Source: an uncultured Clostridia bacterium (lineage in GTDB: Bacteria; Bacillota; Clostridia; TANB77; CAG-508). From it: 64,000 nucleotides of DNA. Made by a program: the position numbers and the translations under genes. The notes under the pieces are model-generated. The model was not told the DNA's origin. It did no database searches and saw nothing but the letters and a program-made list of their open reading frames with translations. The stretch is taken from NCBI GenBank assembly GCA_944392805.1, contig CALXXZ010000001.1, positions 1,084 through 65,083 on the forward strand, written 5' to 3'. This document shows positions 10,060-18,130 of the stretch, in pieces. Every line of letters starts with the position of its first letter. Positions within the stretch are counted from its first letter, which is position 1.

Positions 10060-10090
10060 ATATTTTAATATGATTTTTTAGATTTGTCAA
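10060..10090 (-). promoter_or_regulatory. Putative sigmaA promoter of the tRNA-His/tRNA-Gln operon
   Basis: TTGACA (rc of 10085-10090), 17 nt, TAAAAT, about 25 nt upstream of the tRNA-His 5' end. Confidence 0.4.
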
Positions 10091-10121
10091 GATATTTTTG
10101 ATAATTTTTATAAATTTTAAA

Positions 10122-10145
10122 AGAATTAGCCGAAGCTAATTCTTT
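10122..10145 (-). terminator. Hairpin terminator downstream of CDS 10169-11068
   Basis: Perfect 10-bp stem AAGAATTAGC-CGAA-GCTAATTCTT followed by a T-rich run on the minus strand. Confidence 0.5.
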
Positions 10146-10168
10146 CTTCCTAAGTTGTTACTTAAATA

Positions 10169-11068
10169 TTATTCCCCTTTGCCTTCTGGTAAGGCATTAG
10201 GTAATTCAATCCTAATTCTAATTTTAAATACATAAGTAAATGCTCTAACGACTTTACTATTTTTAAATCTTTGCCATAATGATGGCTTTTTATCAAATGA
10301 TATTGATTCTTGATATTCTTGTATCTGTTTTTTCTCTTCTTCTTTATTTTCTTCTACAGCAACTACTTGTGAAACAATTTGTTTTTCTTCAACTTTTTCT
10401 ACATTAGATTCTTCTGTTATTGTTTCTTCTACAATTGTATCTACTGGTTTTGGTATAACTTTTAATGCATCAGCAACTTCTATACCGATATAGCTTAATG
10501 CTTTTGATTTATCTTCAATTCTTTCCATGTCGATTTCTATGTGTAGATTTGTTTCAAGGTTATTAACTCTTGCATTTAATAATTTTAAAGCATCTTGATA
10601 ATTTTGACTTTGTTGACTTTTATCTTTTCCAACTAATCTTAATGTTTCTATAACTTCTTCTGAAAATACTCCTTCTGCTTCTTTTACTCTATCTTTCCAA
10701 TTATCTTCTTTATTTTCTACTGCATCTATTAAGTCTTTTAATTTTCCAGCTAATGCTATATTTTCTTCTCTTTGTCTAATTAGTTCTTCTACTTTTTTAG
10801 TATTTTCTTCAAATTGATTTGTTGCATATTCAACTAAGCCATAAGCTGCTTTATATACACTTACAGGAAAGTTTTTCTTTTTTGGATATTCTATTAAATA
10901 AGCTTTTATTGATTCAATTAAATCTTTAAAATATGTGTCATCTTCTAATTGAACAATTTGCTTTTTACTATTCGGATTTATCATTTTTTGAACTTTATCT
11001 ATATTTGATAAGATTTTTTCTTCAGTAATAACCATTCTAACATTTACTATGCCTGATTTCCTAGACAT
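10169..11068 (-). CDS. hypothetical coiled-coil protein
   Basis: 299-aa ORF rich in E/K heptads; no recognisable catalytic motif. Confidence 0.45.
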   Translation of the reverse strand: MSRKSGIVNVRMVITEEKILSNIDKVQKMINPNSKKQIVQLEDDTYFKDLIESIKAYLIEYPKKKNFPVSVYKAAYGLVEYATNQFEENTKKVEELIRQREENIALAGKLKDLIDAVENKEDNWKDRVKEAEGVFSEEVIETLRLVGKDKSQQSQNYQDALKLLNARVNNLETNLHIEIDMERIEDKSKALSYIGIEVADALKVIPKPVDTIVEETITEESNVEKVEEKQIVSQVVAVEENKEEEKKQIQEYQESISFDKKPSLWQRFKNSKVVRAFTYVFKIRIRIELPNALPEGKGE

Positions 11069-11248
11069 TGCAAATACCTCCTTTTTCCTATGTGGTCAAT
11101 AATTAAATTCTATTTTATTATACACCACTTTCCGTAGAACTACAAGGCTTTTTTCTTATTTTTATATTACATTTTTATTACATTAATGTTACAAAAATAT
11201 TACAAAAAGAGAATTATAGCTTTTTTGTCTATAATTCTCCTCTATTTC

Positions 11249-12961
11249 TTATTTCCCTAAGGTTCTCTTTAATTCTTCATGTCTTTTTATTTTTAGTGTT
11301 GTTGTTTTTATAAGTTCTTCTTCTGTTATTTTCATTTCTCTAATTGCTTTATATTTTGGCATCATTCCATTTACTTCTTTAACTTTTTTCCATAAGAATT
11401 CTCTAATGTTTTCATCGCCTTCAATATTATATAATTCTTTAATCATTTCTCTATCAAATACGATTTTAACACAAACTTTAACATCTCCGTCTTCTTCTTT
11501 TTTCTCATAAACAAATGATTCTTTTATTCCTTCTATTTTGTTTAATAATATTTCTAATTCTTCTGGGAATACATTTTTTCCATTATTTAATACTATTACA
11601 CTTTTCTTTCTTCCTGATATGTATATATATCCATCTTTGTCTATTCTTGCTAAATCTCCTGTATGTAGCCATCCATCAGGTTCTAATGTTGATTTTGTTG
11701 CTTCTTCATTTTCATAATATCCTAACATTATTGATGGTCCTTTTACCATTAATTCTCCAACACCTTCTTCATCTGGATTGTCAATTTTTACTTCAAGACT
11801 TGGAAATTTCTTTCCTATTGATCCTAATCTATGATTTTTTGGTGTTTCTGCAGCTATTACTGGTGATGTTTCTGTTAAACCATATCCTTGATATAGTGCA
11901 ATTCCTAATTCATTAAATCCTCTTTCTGTTTCTGGATCAAGTGCTGCTCCTCCTGCAACTGCTAATCTTAGTTTTCCTCCTAAATTCTGATGTATTTCAT
12001 TAAATAATTTTCTTCTAACATCTATTCCTATTTTTAATAATGCTTGTGTGATTTTTACTCCTTTTCTTACTGTTGGTAACATTCCTTTTTTCTCTATTGT
12101 TTTCATTAATTTTCTGTATATTACATCAAATACGGCAGGAACTGAAATCATTACTGTTATTTGAAATTCTCTAATATTATCTGCCATATGTTTTACACCT
12201 TCTGAGAAACATATACAACATCCTATTGACATTGGATATAAAAATCCTACTGTACATTCAAATACATGGTGTAATGGCAAAAATGACAATAATCTATCAT
12301 TTTCGTCTAAATCAAATGATTTTCTAATATCCATTACATTTGATACTATATTTTTATGTGATAACATTACAGCTTTTGATATTGCAGTTGTTCCTGATGT
12401 GAATAACATTATTCCCATTTTTTCAGCATCGATTTTTGCATCTAGAAATTCTCTATTTCCTTCTTCCAATAATTTTTTCCCTTTTTCTAATAATTCTTTT
12501 TGAGAATAGATTTCATCTGTATTTTTTTCTAAATCCATTGATATGAAATATTTTAAGTTTGTATTTTTCTTTTCTCTTAATTCGTTCATTATGTTGTCAT
12601 ACTTGCTTGAATAAAAAATTGCTTCTACTTGTGAACGTAATATTAGACTTTCTATTTCATTATCTGGTAATGCTTTATCTAAAGGAACTACTACACCTGT
12701 TCCGGTTACTACTGATAAATATGCTAATTCCCATTCATATCTGTTTTCTGAAATTACTGCTATTCTTTTATCTTTTAGTCCCATATCGATTAATTCTGTT
12801 CCTAATGCATTTATTTGATGTCTGAATTCTCCATGTGTTATTATATCAAATTTTCCTTCTTCTTCTGTTTTAAACATATATGCAGGTCTATCTGCATATA
12901 ATTCTCCTGATTGTTTTAACATATCTTTTAAATCTGTAAATTTCATATTTTTTGTTTCCAT
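11249..12961 (-). CDS. Long-chain fatty acid-CoA ligase (AMP-dependent synthetase/ligase)
   Basis: 570 aa; AMP-binding motif LFTSGTTAISKAV, and GYGLTE; TetR gene immediately upstream. Confidence 0.75.
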   Translation of the reverse strand: METKNMKFTDLKDMLKQSGELYADRPAYMFKTEEEGKFDIITHGEFRHQINALGTELIDMGLKDKRIAVISENRYEWELAYLSVVTGTGVVVPLDKALPDNEIESLILRSQVEAIFYSSKYDNIMNELREKKNTNLKYFISMDLEKNTDEIYSQKELLEKGKKLLEEGNREFLDAKIDAEKMGIMLFTSGTTAISKAVMLSHKNIVSNVMDIRKSFDLDENDRLLSFLPLHHVFECTVGFLYPMSIGCCICFSEGVKHMADNIREFQITVMISVPAVFDVIYRKLMKTIEKKGMLPTVRKGVKITQALLKIGIDVRRKLFNEIHQNLGGKLRLAVAGGAALDPETERGFNELGIALYQGYGLTETSPVIAAETPKNHRLGSIGKKFPSLEVKIDNPDEEGVGELMVKGPSIMLGYYENEEATKSTLEPDGWLHTGDLARIDKDGYIYISGRKKSVIVLNNGKNVFPEELEILLNKIEGIKESFVYEKKEEDGDVKVCVKIVFDREMIKELYNIEGDENIREFLWKKVKEVNGMMPKYKAIREMKITEEELIKTTTLKIKRHEELKRTLGK

Positions 12962-12976
12962 TTTTTACATCCTCTC

Positions 12977-13552
12977 TTATTTTACTTTTAATCCATTTAT
13001 TATTGTATTTTCATATTCATGGTATAATTGCATTATGTTCATTTCTTCTTCTCTTTTTTTGTAAACAAGTGTAGAACATATTAATCCATATATTTCTGAT
13101 GCAATTGCTCTTGAGTCTCCTTGTTTTATTTGACCTTTTTCTATTCCTTCTTGTACTATTTTTTCTATTTTACTTATATATGAATATACTAAATCTTGAC
13201 ATTTTTTGTTTCTGTCTTCTTTTCCCCAAAATTGGCTTAATAATATTGTTATTATATCTTCATACCTTGCTACTATTTTTATCTGAATTAATACTATTGC
13301 TTTTATTTTGTCAATATAATTACTATGTCTAGCTGTTTTTATATCTATACTGTTTTGCAATAGTTTAATTCCTTCTTCTATTAAAAAGTTAAATATTTCT
13401 TCTTTACTTGAAAAGTGATAATATAATGTTCCTTTAGCAACTCCTACTGTTGCTGTTATTTCTTCTATACTTGTTGCTTCATATCCCTTTTCGGCAAATA
13501 ATTTCATTGATGTTTCAAATATTTTTCTTTTCGTTTTATTCATGGACTTCAC
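12977..13552 (-). CDS. TetR/AcrR-family transcriptional regulator
   Basis: N-terminal HTH LFAEKGYEATSIEEITATVGVAKGTLYYHF. Confidence 0.75.
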   Translation of the reverse strand: MKSMNKTKRKIFETSMKLFAEKGYEATSIEEITATVGVAKGTLYYHFSSKEEIFNFLIEEGIKLLQNSIDIKTARHSNYIDKIKAIVLIQIKIVARYEDIITILLSQFWGKEDRNKKCQDLVYSYISKIEKIVQEGIEKGQIKQGDSRAIASEIYGLICSTLVYKKREEEMNIMQLYHEYENTIINGLKVK

Positions 13553-13667
13553 CTATCTTTTTTTCTTTACTTTCATATTATATAATGTTATCTAAGTTTA
13601 TGCAAGCTTTTTTTGTTTTTTTGAATACTCATTCAGTTTTTTATTTTATGTCTTCTCTTTTGTTTAC

Positions 13668-13730
13668 TGTTTTGTGTGGATATCTTTTATCCACAACCTG
13701 TGGATAATGTGGATAACTCTGTGAATAACT
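13668..13730. promoter_or_regulatory. Cluster of five DnaA boxes
   Basis: TGTGGATAT 13675-83 (1 mismatch); TTATCCACA 13687-95 (perfect); TGTGGATAA 13699-707 and 13708-716 (perfect, opposite orientation); TGTGAATAA 13720-28 (1 mismatch). Confidence 0.55.
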
Positions 13731-13895
13731 TATAATGGTCATATTCTTTTCACACATTATTCACATTTGGTTGTTGATAATTTATCTGTTTACATTTATT
13801 TGTATTTTTTTCGTTTTTTTATGTAACTTATTTATCTCTTTTATCCATACTACTATAAAAAAATGAAAAAAGCCGTTTTTTACAGCTTTTTCATC

Positions 13896-14507
13896 TTATT
13901 TTTTTATATAATTGTTTTGATTTATTTTTAATATTTTAAATTTACCATTTTCATATTCCAGCTCATTAATGCATGCATTACTTTGACTATATTTTTCTCT
14001 CTTTTCTGGATTTTCAATATATTCTATACTATTAAAAAATGTAAAAATTGCACATCCATGTGAGCATATTAGTATAGTTTTTTTATCATTTTCTTTAGCA
14101 ATCTTTGTTATACAATTTTTCATTCTCTTTTCTAGTTCTTCTGTTGTTTCTTGCTCAGGAATCCCCATAATTTCATGATATATTTGTTTGTTTTTCTTTA
14201 TTTCTGGATTTATTTTATCAACCTCATCCCACGTCATTCCATCATATATTCCGAAATACTTTTCCATCAAGTCTTTATCTGTTGTAATTTTTAAATTAAG
14301 TTTCTGTGCTGTTGGCTTTATTGTATCCACACACCTTATTGATGGACTTGAATATATTGCGTCTATTTTTACATTTTTGAGCTCCTCTGCTAAATCTTGA
14401 GCCATTTGCTCCCCTTTTTCGGATAATTTAAAGTCTTTTCTTCCTGTTAGAGAATTTGTAACATTCCCTATACATTCAGCATGCCTTACTAAAATTATTT
14501 TAGTCAT
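13896..14507 (-). CDS. Histidine phosphatase family protein (phosphoglycerate mutase-like)
   Basis: N-terminal ILVRHAECIGN (RHG-type motif). Confidence 0.6.
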   Translation of the reverse strand: MTKIILVRHAECIGNVTNSLTGRKDFKLSEKGEQMAQDLAEELKNVKIDAIYSSPSIRCVDTIKPTAQKLNLKITTDKDLMEKYFGIYDGMTWDEVDKINPEIKKNKQIYHEIMGIPEQETTEELEKRMKNCITKIAKENDKKTILICSHGCAIFTFFNSIEYIENPEKREKYSQSNACINELEYENGKFKILKINQNNYIKK

Positions 14508-15586
14508 TATTGCACCATTCCTTCTTTAGCTTTTTCTAATTCTTCTTTTAAATATTTTCTAGATTTTTGTCTTTCTTGTTCAATTATTTGATTAACTTTT
14601 TGATAATCTATTTCATTTTCTATAACTTTATCTAATTGTTCTATATCTGACAGATTTTGTTTTTCTAGTCCAAATCTTGTTAATAAATCATTAAATTTAT
14701 ATTTATTACTTGATCTAGATATTCCAACAAATTTTCTATTATATTTGATAGAAAAAACTGCTCCATGAAATGTATCTGTAACTACATAACTTGCGTGTTT
14801 AAAATAATTTAATAATTCAAATGGTTTTACATTTATATTTTCATCACACCAAGGTTGGTATAATCCTAGTCCTATCGTTTTTAAATTATTTTGTGCGGCA
14901 AATGCTTTTATTTTTTCAACTTCTTTTTCATTACATAAACGATAGTCATATGAATATATTATAATATAATCTTTTTCTTTAAATTCTTTTGGTTCTATAT
15001 ATTTATCAAAGTCAGAAATAAATACTGGATCTACATTTTCATTTGCATCTATTCCTGAAATTTTCTTAACAAATTCTAATGTATTTTTATCTCTTACAGA
15101 AATATTTTTTAATTGTTCTAACGATTTTTTTACTTCATTTTGTAAATTGTATTTTTCTATTAATTCATAATTTGTATGTCCACAACAAGCTGCATATGTA
15201 ATTGTATATTTTGATACATTGTCCCCAAATAATTGTGTTGTAAAACCTATATTACCATTACCTATACAATTAAACACTTCATCACTACCAATTATTGCAA
15301 AATCGTAATCATTTTTGTAGTTCATCTCTTCTGATAAATTCAAGTATTTTTTTGCATATTCTTCTATAATAATATTTCTTTTTTTTCTAAAATCAACAAA
15401 TTCTTGGTTATCCCAGTCTTTTGTACCTCTATCTTTAAATTCTATTCCTTCATAAATTTTTCCTGGTTTTATATCAATAAAATCAACTGTTGCACCAAAT
15501 TCTTCTAATGTATTTTTTAATGATAGTGCTTGAAAAAATGAACCATAATTTTTTACTCTTTGCATTGATAATATTCCTGCTCTCAT
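14507..15586 (-). CDS. Polysaccharide pyruvyl transferase family protein
   Basis: 359 aa; N-terminal glycine-rich region and typical length; adjacent to an F420H2-dehydrogenase-beta-like FeS protein and a GT2. Confidence 0.55.
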   Translation of the reverse strand: MRAGILSMQRVKNYGSFFQALSLKNTLEEFGATVDFIDIKPGKIYEGIEFKDRGTKDWDNQEFVDFRKKRNIIIEEYAKKYLNLSEEMNYKNDYDFAIIGSDEVFNCIGNGNIGFTTQLFGDNVSKYTITYAACCGHTNYELIEKYNLQNEVKKSLEQLKNISVRDKNTLEFVKKISGIDANENVDPVFISDFDKYIEPKEFKEKDYIIIYSYDYRLCNEKEVEKIKAFAAQNNLKTIGLGLYQPWCDENINVKPFELLNYFKHASYVVTDTFHGAVFSIKYNRKFVGISRSSNKYKFNDLLTRFGLEKQNLSDIEQLDKVIENEIDYQKVNQIIEQERQKSRKYLKEELEKAKEGMVQ

Positions 15587-15596
15587 AATATTCCTC

Positions 15597-16673
15597 CTAA
15601 TTTTCTATATTTTTCATTGCTTCTTCAAATCCTTGAGTTTTATATATTTCTTTAAATTTTAATGTGTTTTTATTTTTAGAAGATGGATAATTTAATTGTT
15701 TATTTCCTTTTAAAGCTTCTTCTAAATTCCTTTCTACTAAAAATATTTTGTCTTCTATTTCTTCAATGAATTTTTTTCCTTTTTCTGTGTTTACTAATAT
15801 TACTGATGTTCCATCTTCAGTAGGATAGTTAAATGGTATATCTTCTCCTAGTCCCCAAAAATCTCCAATTGTAATATCTCCAACTCTTTCTTTTCTTGCA
15901 TATCTACATTGGTAGCAATTTTCTCTATAAAACAATCCATTTAAAAATGATTTATAAAAGAAATCTTCTTTATTATGTTTTTTATATATTACCTTTCCTT
16001 TTTTATAACCTGTAAGATGCCAATTGTTTTCTCCTCTAAATGTCACATTATCTATTTTATTGTTTAATTTAAGATATTTTAGATACTCTTTTAAATATTT
16101 TGCTGGTGGTACTCCATGGCAAATTAAATCTACAGTTATAATATTTTCTATATTTTTATTCTTTAAAAAATTTTTCAAACCATTTACTTGACATGGTGTC
16201 CCTATAAAAATAACTTTTCTATTTTGTTCTACATATGGTTTAAGCTGTGTAAATATAGTTCCTATTGAACTTTGCATATATTTGGAACCTCTAAAGCCTT
16301 CTAATTCTTCCAAATTAGTAGCAATTTGATGAGACAAATTCATTTCATTGTCAAATTTAGTACCTACTGCTATTCCTCCATGTTTTATTATATAATGGTA
16401 CATTTCCCACGCAATTCCACCTGATGAACTTTTCTTTCTTACATTTTCATCAAGTGACCATCCTGCATAAACTTTTAATGGTTCTTTCAAATCAATTTCA
16501 TTGTTTTCTGGACATACTTTCCTACATATATTACAATTTATACATTTTTTTTCATCAATATGGGGCATTAAAGCTCCATATTCGTCTTCTTCCATAGTTA
16601 TACATTTTTTGGGGCATGAATTAAGACACGTACTACATCCTGTACATTTATTTTTGTCACAAATTTCTCTCAT
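15597..16673 (-). CDS. Coenzyme F420 hydrogenase/dehydrogenase beta-subunit-like protein with 2x[4Fe-4S] ferredoxin motifs
   Basis: CTGCSTCLNSCP and CINCNICRKVCP cluster-binding motifs at the N-terminus. Confidence 0.55.
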   Translation of the reverse strand: MREICDKNKCTGCSTCLNSCPKKCITMEEDEYGALMPHIDEKKCINCNICRKVCPENNEIDLKEPLKVYAGWSLDENVRKKSSSGGIAWEMYHYIIKHGGIAVGTKFDNEMNLSHQIATNLEELEGFRGSKYMQSSIGTIFTQLKPYVEQNRKVIFIGTPCQVNGLKNFLKNKNIENIITVDLICHGVPPAKYLKEYLKYLKLNNKIDNVTFRGENNWHLTGYKKGKVIYKKHNKEDFFYKSFLNGLFYRENCYQCRYARKERVGDITIGDFWGLGEDIPFNYPTEDGTSVILVNTEKGKKFIEEIEDKIFLVERNLEEALKGNKQLNYPSSKNKNTLKFKEIYKTQGFEEAMKNIEN

Positions 16674-16682
16674 ATTTTCTCC

Positions 16683-17534
16683 TTATTCAATTAACTTGTA
16701 ATTTCTTTTTGGCATTGCTGGTGAGTTTGTCTTATTTTTTATTGAATCTAATATACAATCTAATCTATCTGGAATGCTCATTGTTTCATTTTTTATAAAA
16801 CTCAAAACATATTTTTTATATTCATCTGGTGTTATTTCATACAATTCCATCATATGAGCTAACATCTTGTACATATCTGTACATCTTCTTATATTTGGTG
16901 TAGACATTATACTTCCTGGTCTATTTCTATAATAATTAAATATTGGGAATTCACCATAACTCAATTTTTCTGATAATATTGTACTCTTCATAGAATACAC
17001 CATATCTTCATAGTACATATCTTCTATGAATGTTATATTATTTTTTCTTAAAAAGCTTGTTTTCCAACATTTGCTAGGCACGCCAAAAAAGATATCACAA
17101 CTTAAACGTGCAATTTTAGTGGAGTTTTCTGCATTTGATAGATATAATTTATTTGAACCTCCTATATATTGAACTCCAAAAAATGTAACATCTGCTTGGT
17201 CTCTTTCTATTATTTCATTTATTCTAGATAATGTATGTTCATCATACATTGTATCGTCGCCATCTAAATAAAGTATATATTCTCCTCTTGCTATTTTCAC
17301 ACCTATGTTTCTAGATGCTCCTAGTCCTTTGTTTATTTCGTTGTTTACTACAACTACATTTTCTGCTTCATATTTTTTCATTTTATCTAATGTTTTGTCT
17401 GTAGAACAATCATTAACTAATATTAATTCATAACTTAAGAAATCTTGAGCCAATACACTCTTTATTGATCTTTCAATATATCCTTCTATATTATATCCAC
17501 AGATTATTATACTATATTTAAATTTACCCTCCAC
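16683..17534 (-). CDS. Family 2 glycosyltransferase
   Basis: YSIIICGYN...LVNDCSTD...YLDGDD (DxD) motifs. Confidence 0.7.
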   Translation of the reverse strand: MEGKFKYSIIICGYNIEGYIERSIKSVLAQDFLSYELILVNDCSTDKTLDKMKKYEAENVVVVNNEINKGLGASRNIGVKIARGEYILYLDGDDTMYDEHTLSRINEIIERDQADVTFFGVQYIGGSNKLYLSNAENSTKIARLSCDIFFGVPSKCWKTSFLRKNNITFIEDMYYEDMVYSMKSTILSEKLSYGEFPIFNYYRNRPGSIMSTPNIRRCTDMYKMLAHMMELYEITPDEYKKYVLSFIKNETMSIPDRLDCILDSIKNKTNSPAMPKRNYKLIE

Positions 17535-17675
17535 GTAATTTCCTCCTCTTTTTCATAACTTTATAAATTATATCATATTTTGTTATTTTTTGCAATATAT
17601 CTCTTAATTCTTAATATTCTCGCAGTTTTTATACTATTATTAAAAATAAAACGACTTTAAGTTACACTTTTTTTA

Positions 17676-17702
17676 ATTAAATAAAAGACTGTCTATAACA
17701 GC
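17676..17702 (-). terminator. Putative intrinsic terminator of the DUF1294 gene
   Basis: Minus strand: GGCUGU-UAUAG-ACAGUC hairpin followed by UUUU. Confidence 0.35.
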
Positions 17703-17705
17703 CTC

Positions 17706-18017
17706 TTACATAAATTGTAAATATATCACTAATACTATTTCTAATATCAATATTGTGGGTAGTCCAATTGTGAATTTTAATTTCTTAGTTTTATGTCTAA
17801 AAGTATACATTCCTGCAATTGTACCAATTCCTCCACCTAATGCGGTCACTATAAAAAGTGTATTTTCAGGTATCCTCCATTTTCCCCATTTAGCTCTTCT
17901 TTTGTCTGACCACATCATATAAAATCCAATTAGATTAATTACAATTAAATAAATTATTATATTTCTTAATGAAAATATTTCACTTAAGCTTATAATATTT
18001 GTTGTTTCTCCTATCAT
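17706..18017 (-). CDS. DUF1294 family membrane protein
   Basis: MWSDKRRAKWGKWRIPENTLF...ALGGGIGTIAGMYTFRHKTKK signature. Confidence 0.65.
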   Translation of the reverse strand: MIGETTNIISLSEIFSLRNIIIYLIVINLIGFYMMWSDKRRAKWGKWRIPENTLFIVTALGGGIGTIAGMYTFRHKTKKLKFTIGLPTILILEIVLVIYLQFM

Positions 18018-18039
18018 ACTTATCTCCTTATAATTTATA

Positions 18040-18130
18040 AAAGTCTGTCCCTTTTTTTCCTTTTGGGCAAAATGGGGACAGTCCCCAAATTGCCCTTTTG
18101 GAAAATTGGGGACTGTCCCAAAATTTTCCT
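18040..18130. repeat. GC-rich palindromic repeat element (GGGGACWGTCCCC family), copy 1; likely doubles as a terminator
   Basis: GGGGACAGTCCCC 18074-86 and GGGGACTGTCCC 18108-19 embedded in TTTTGG...AAATT context; a degenerate third core at 18046-54. Confidence 0.6.

Noticed and set aside
9869-10060. 63-aa plus-strand ORF
   Set aside because: It spans the two tRNA genes (tRNA-Gln, tRNA-His) on the opposite strand. The translation GGRWDSNPR is the classic tRNA-derived pseudo-ORF.
13668-13730. DnaA-box cluster as the chromosomal origin oriC
   Set aside because: No dnaA, dnaN, recF or gyrB genes flank it, as would be expected for a Firmicutes oriC. A secondary DnaA-binding cluster or a DnaA-regulated promoter is more plausible.
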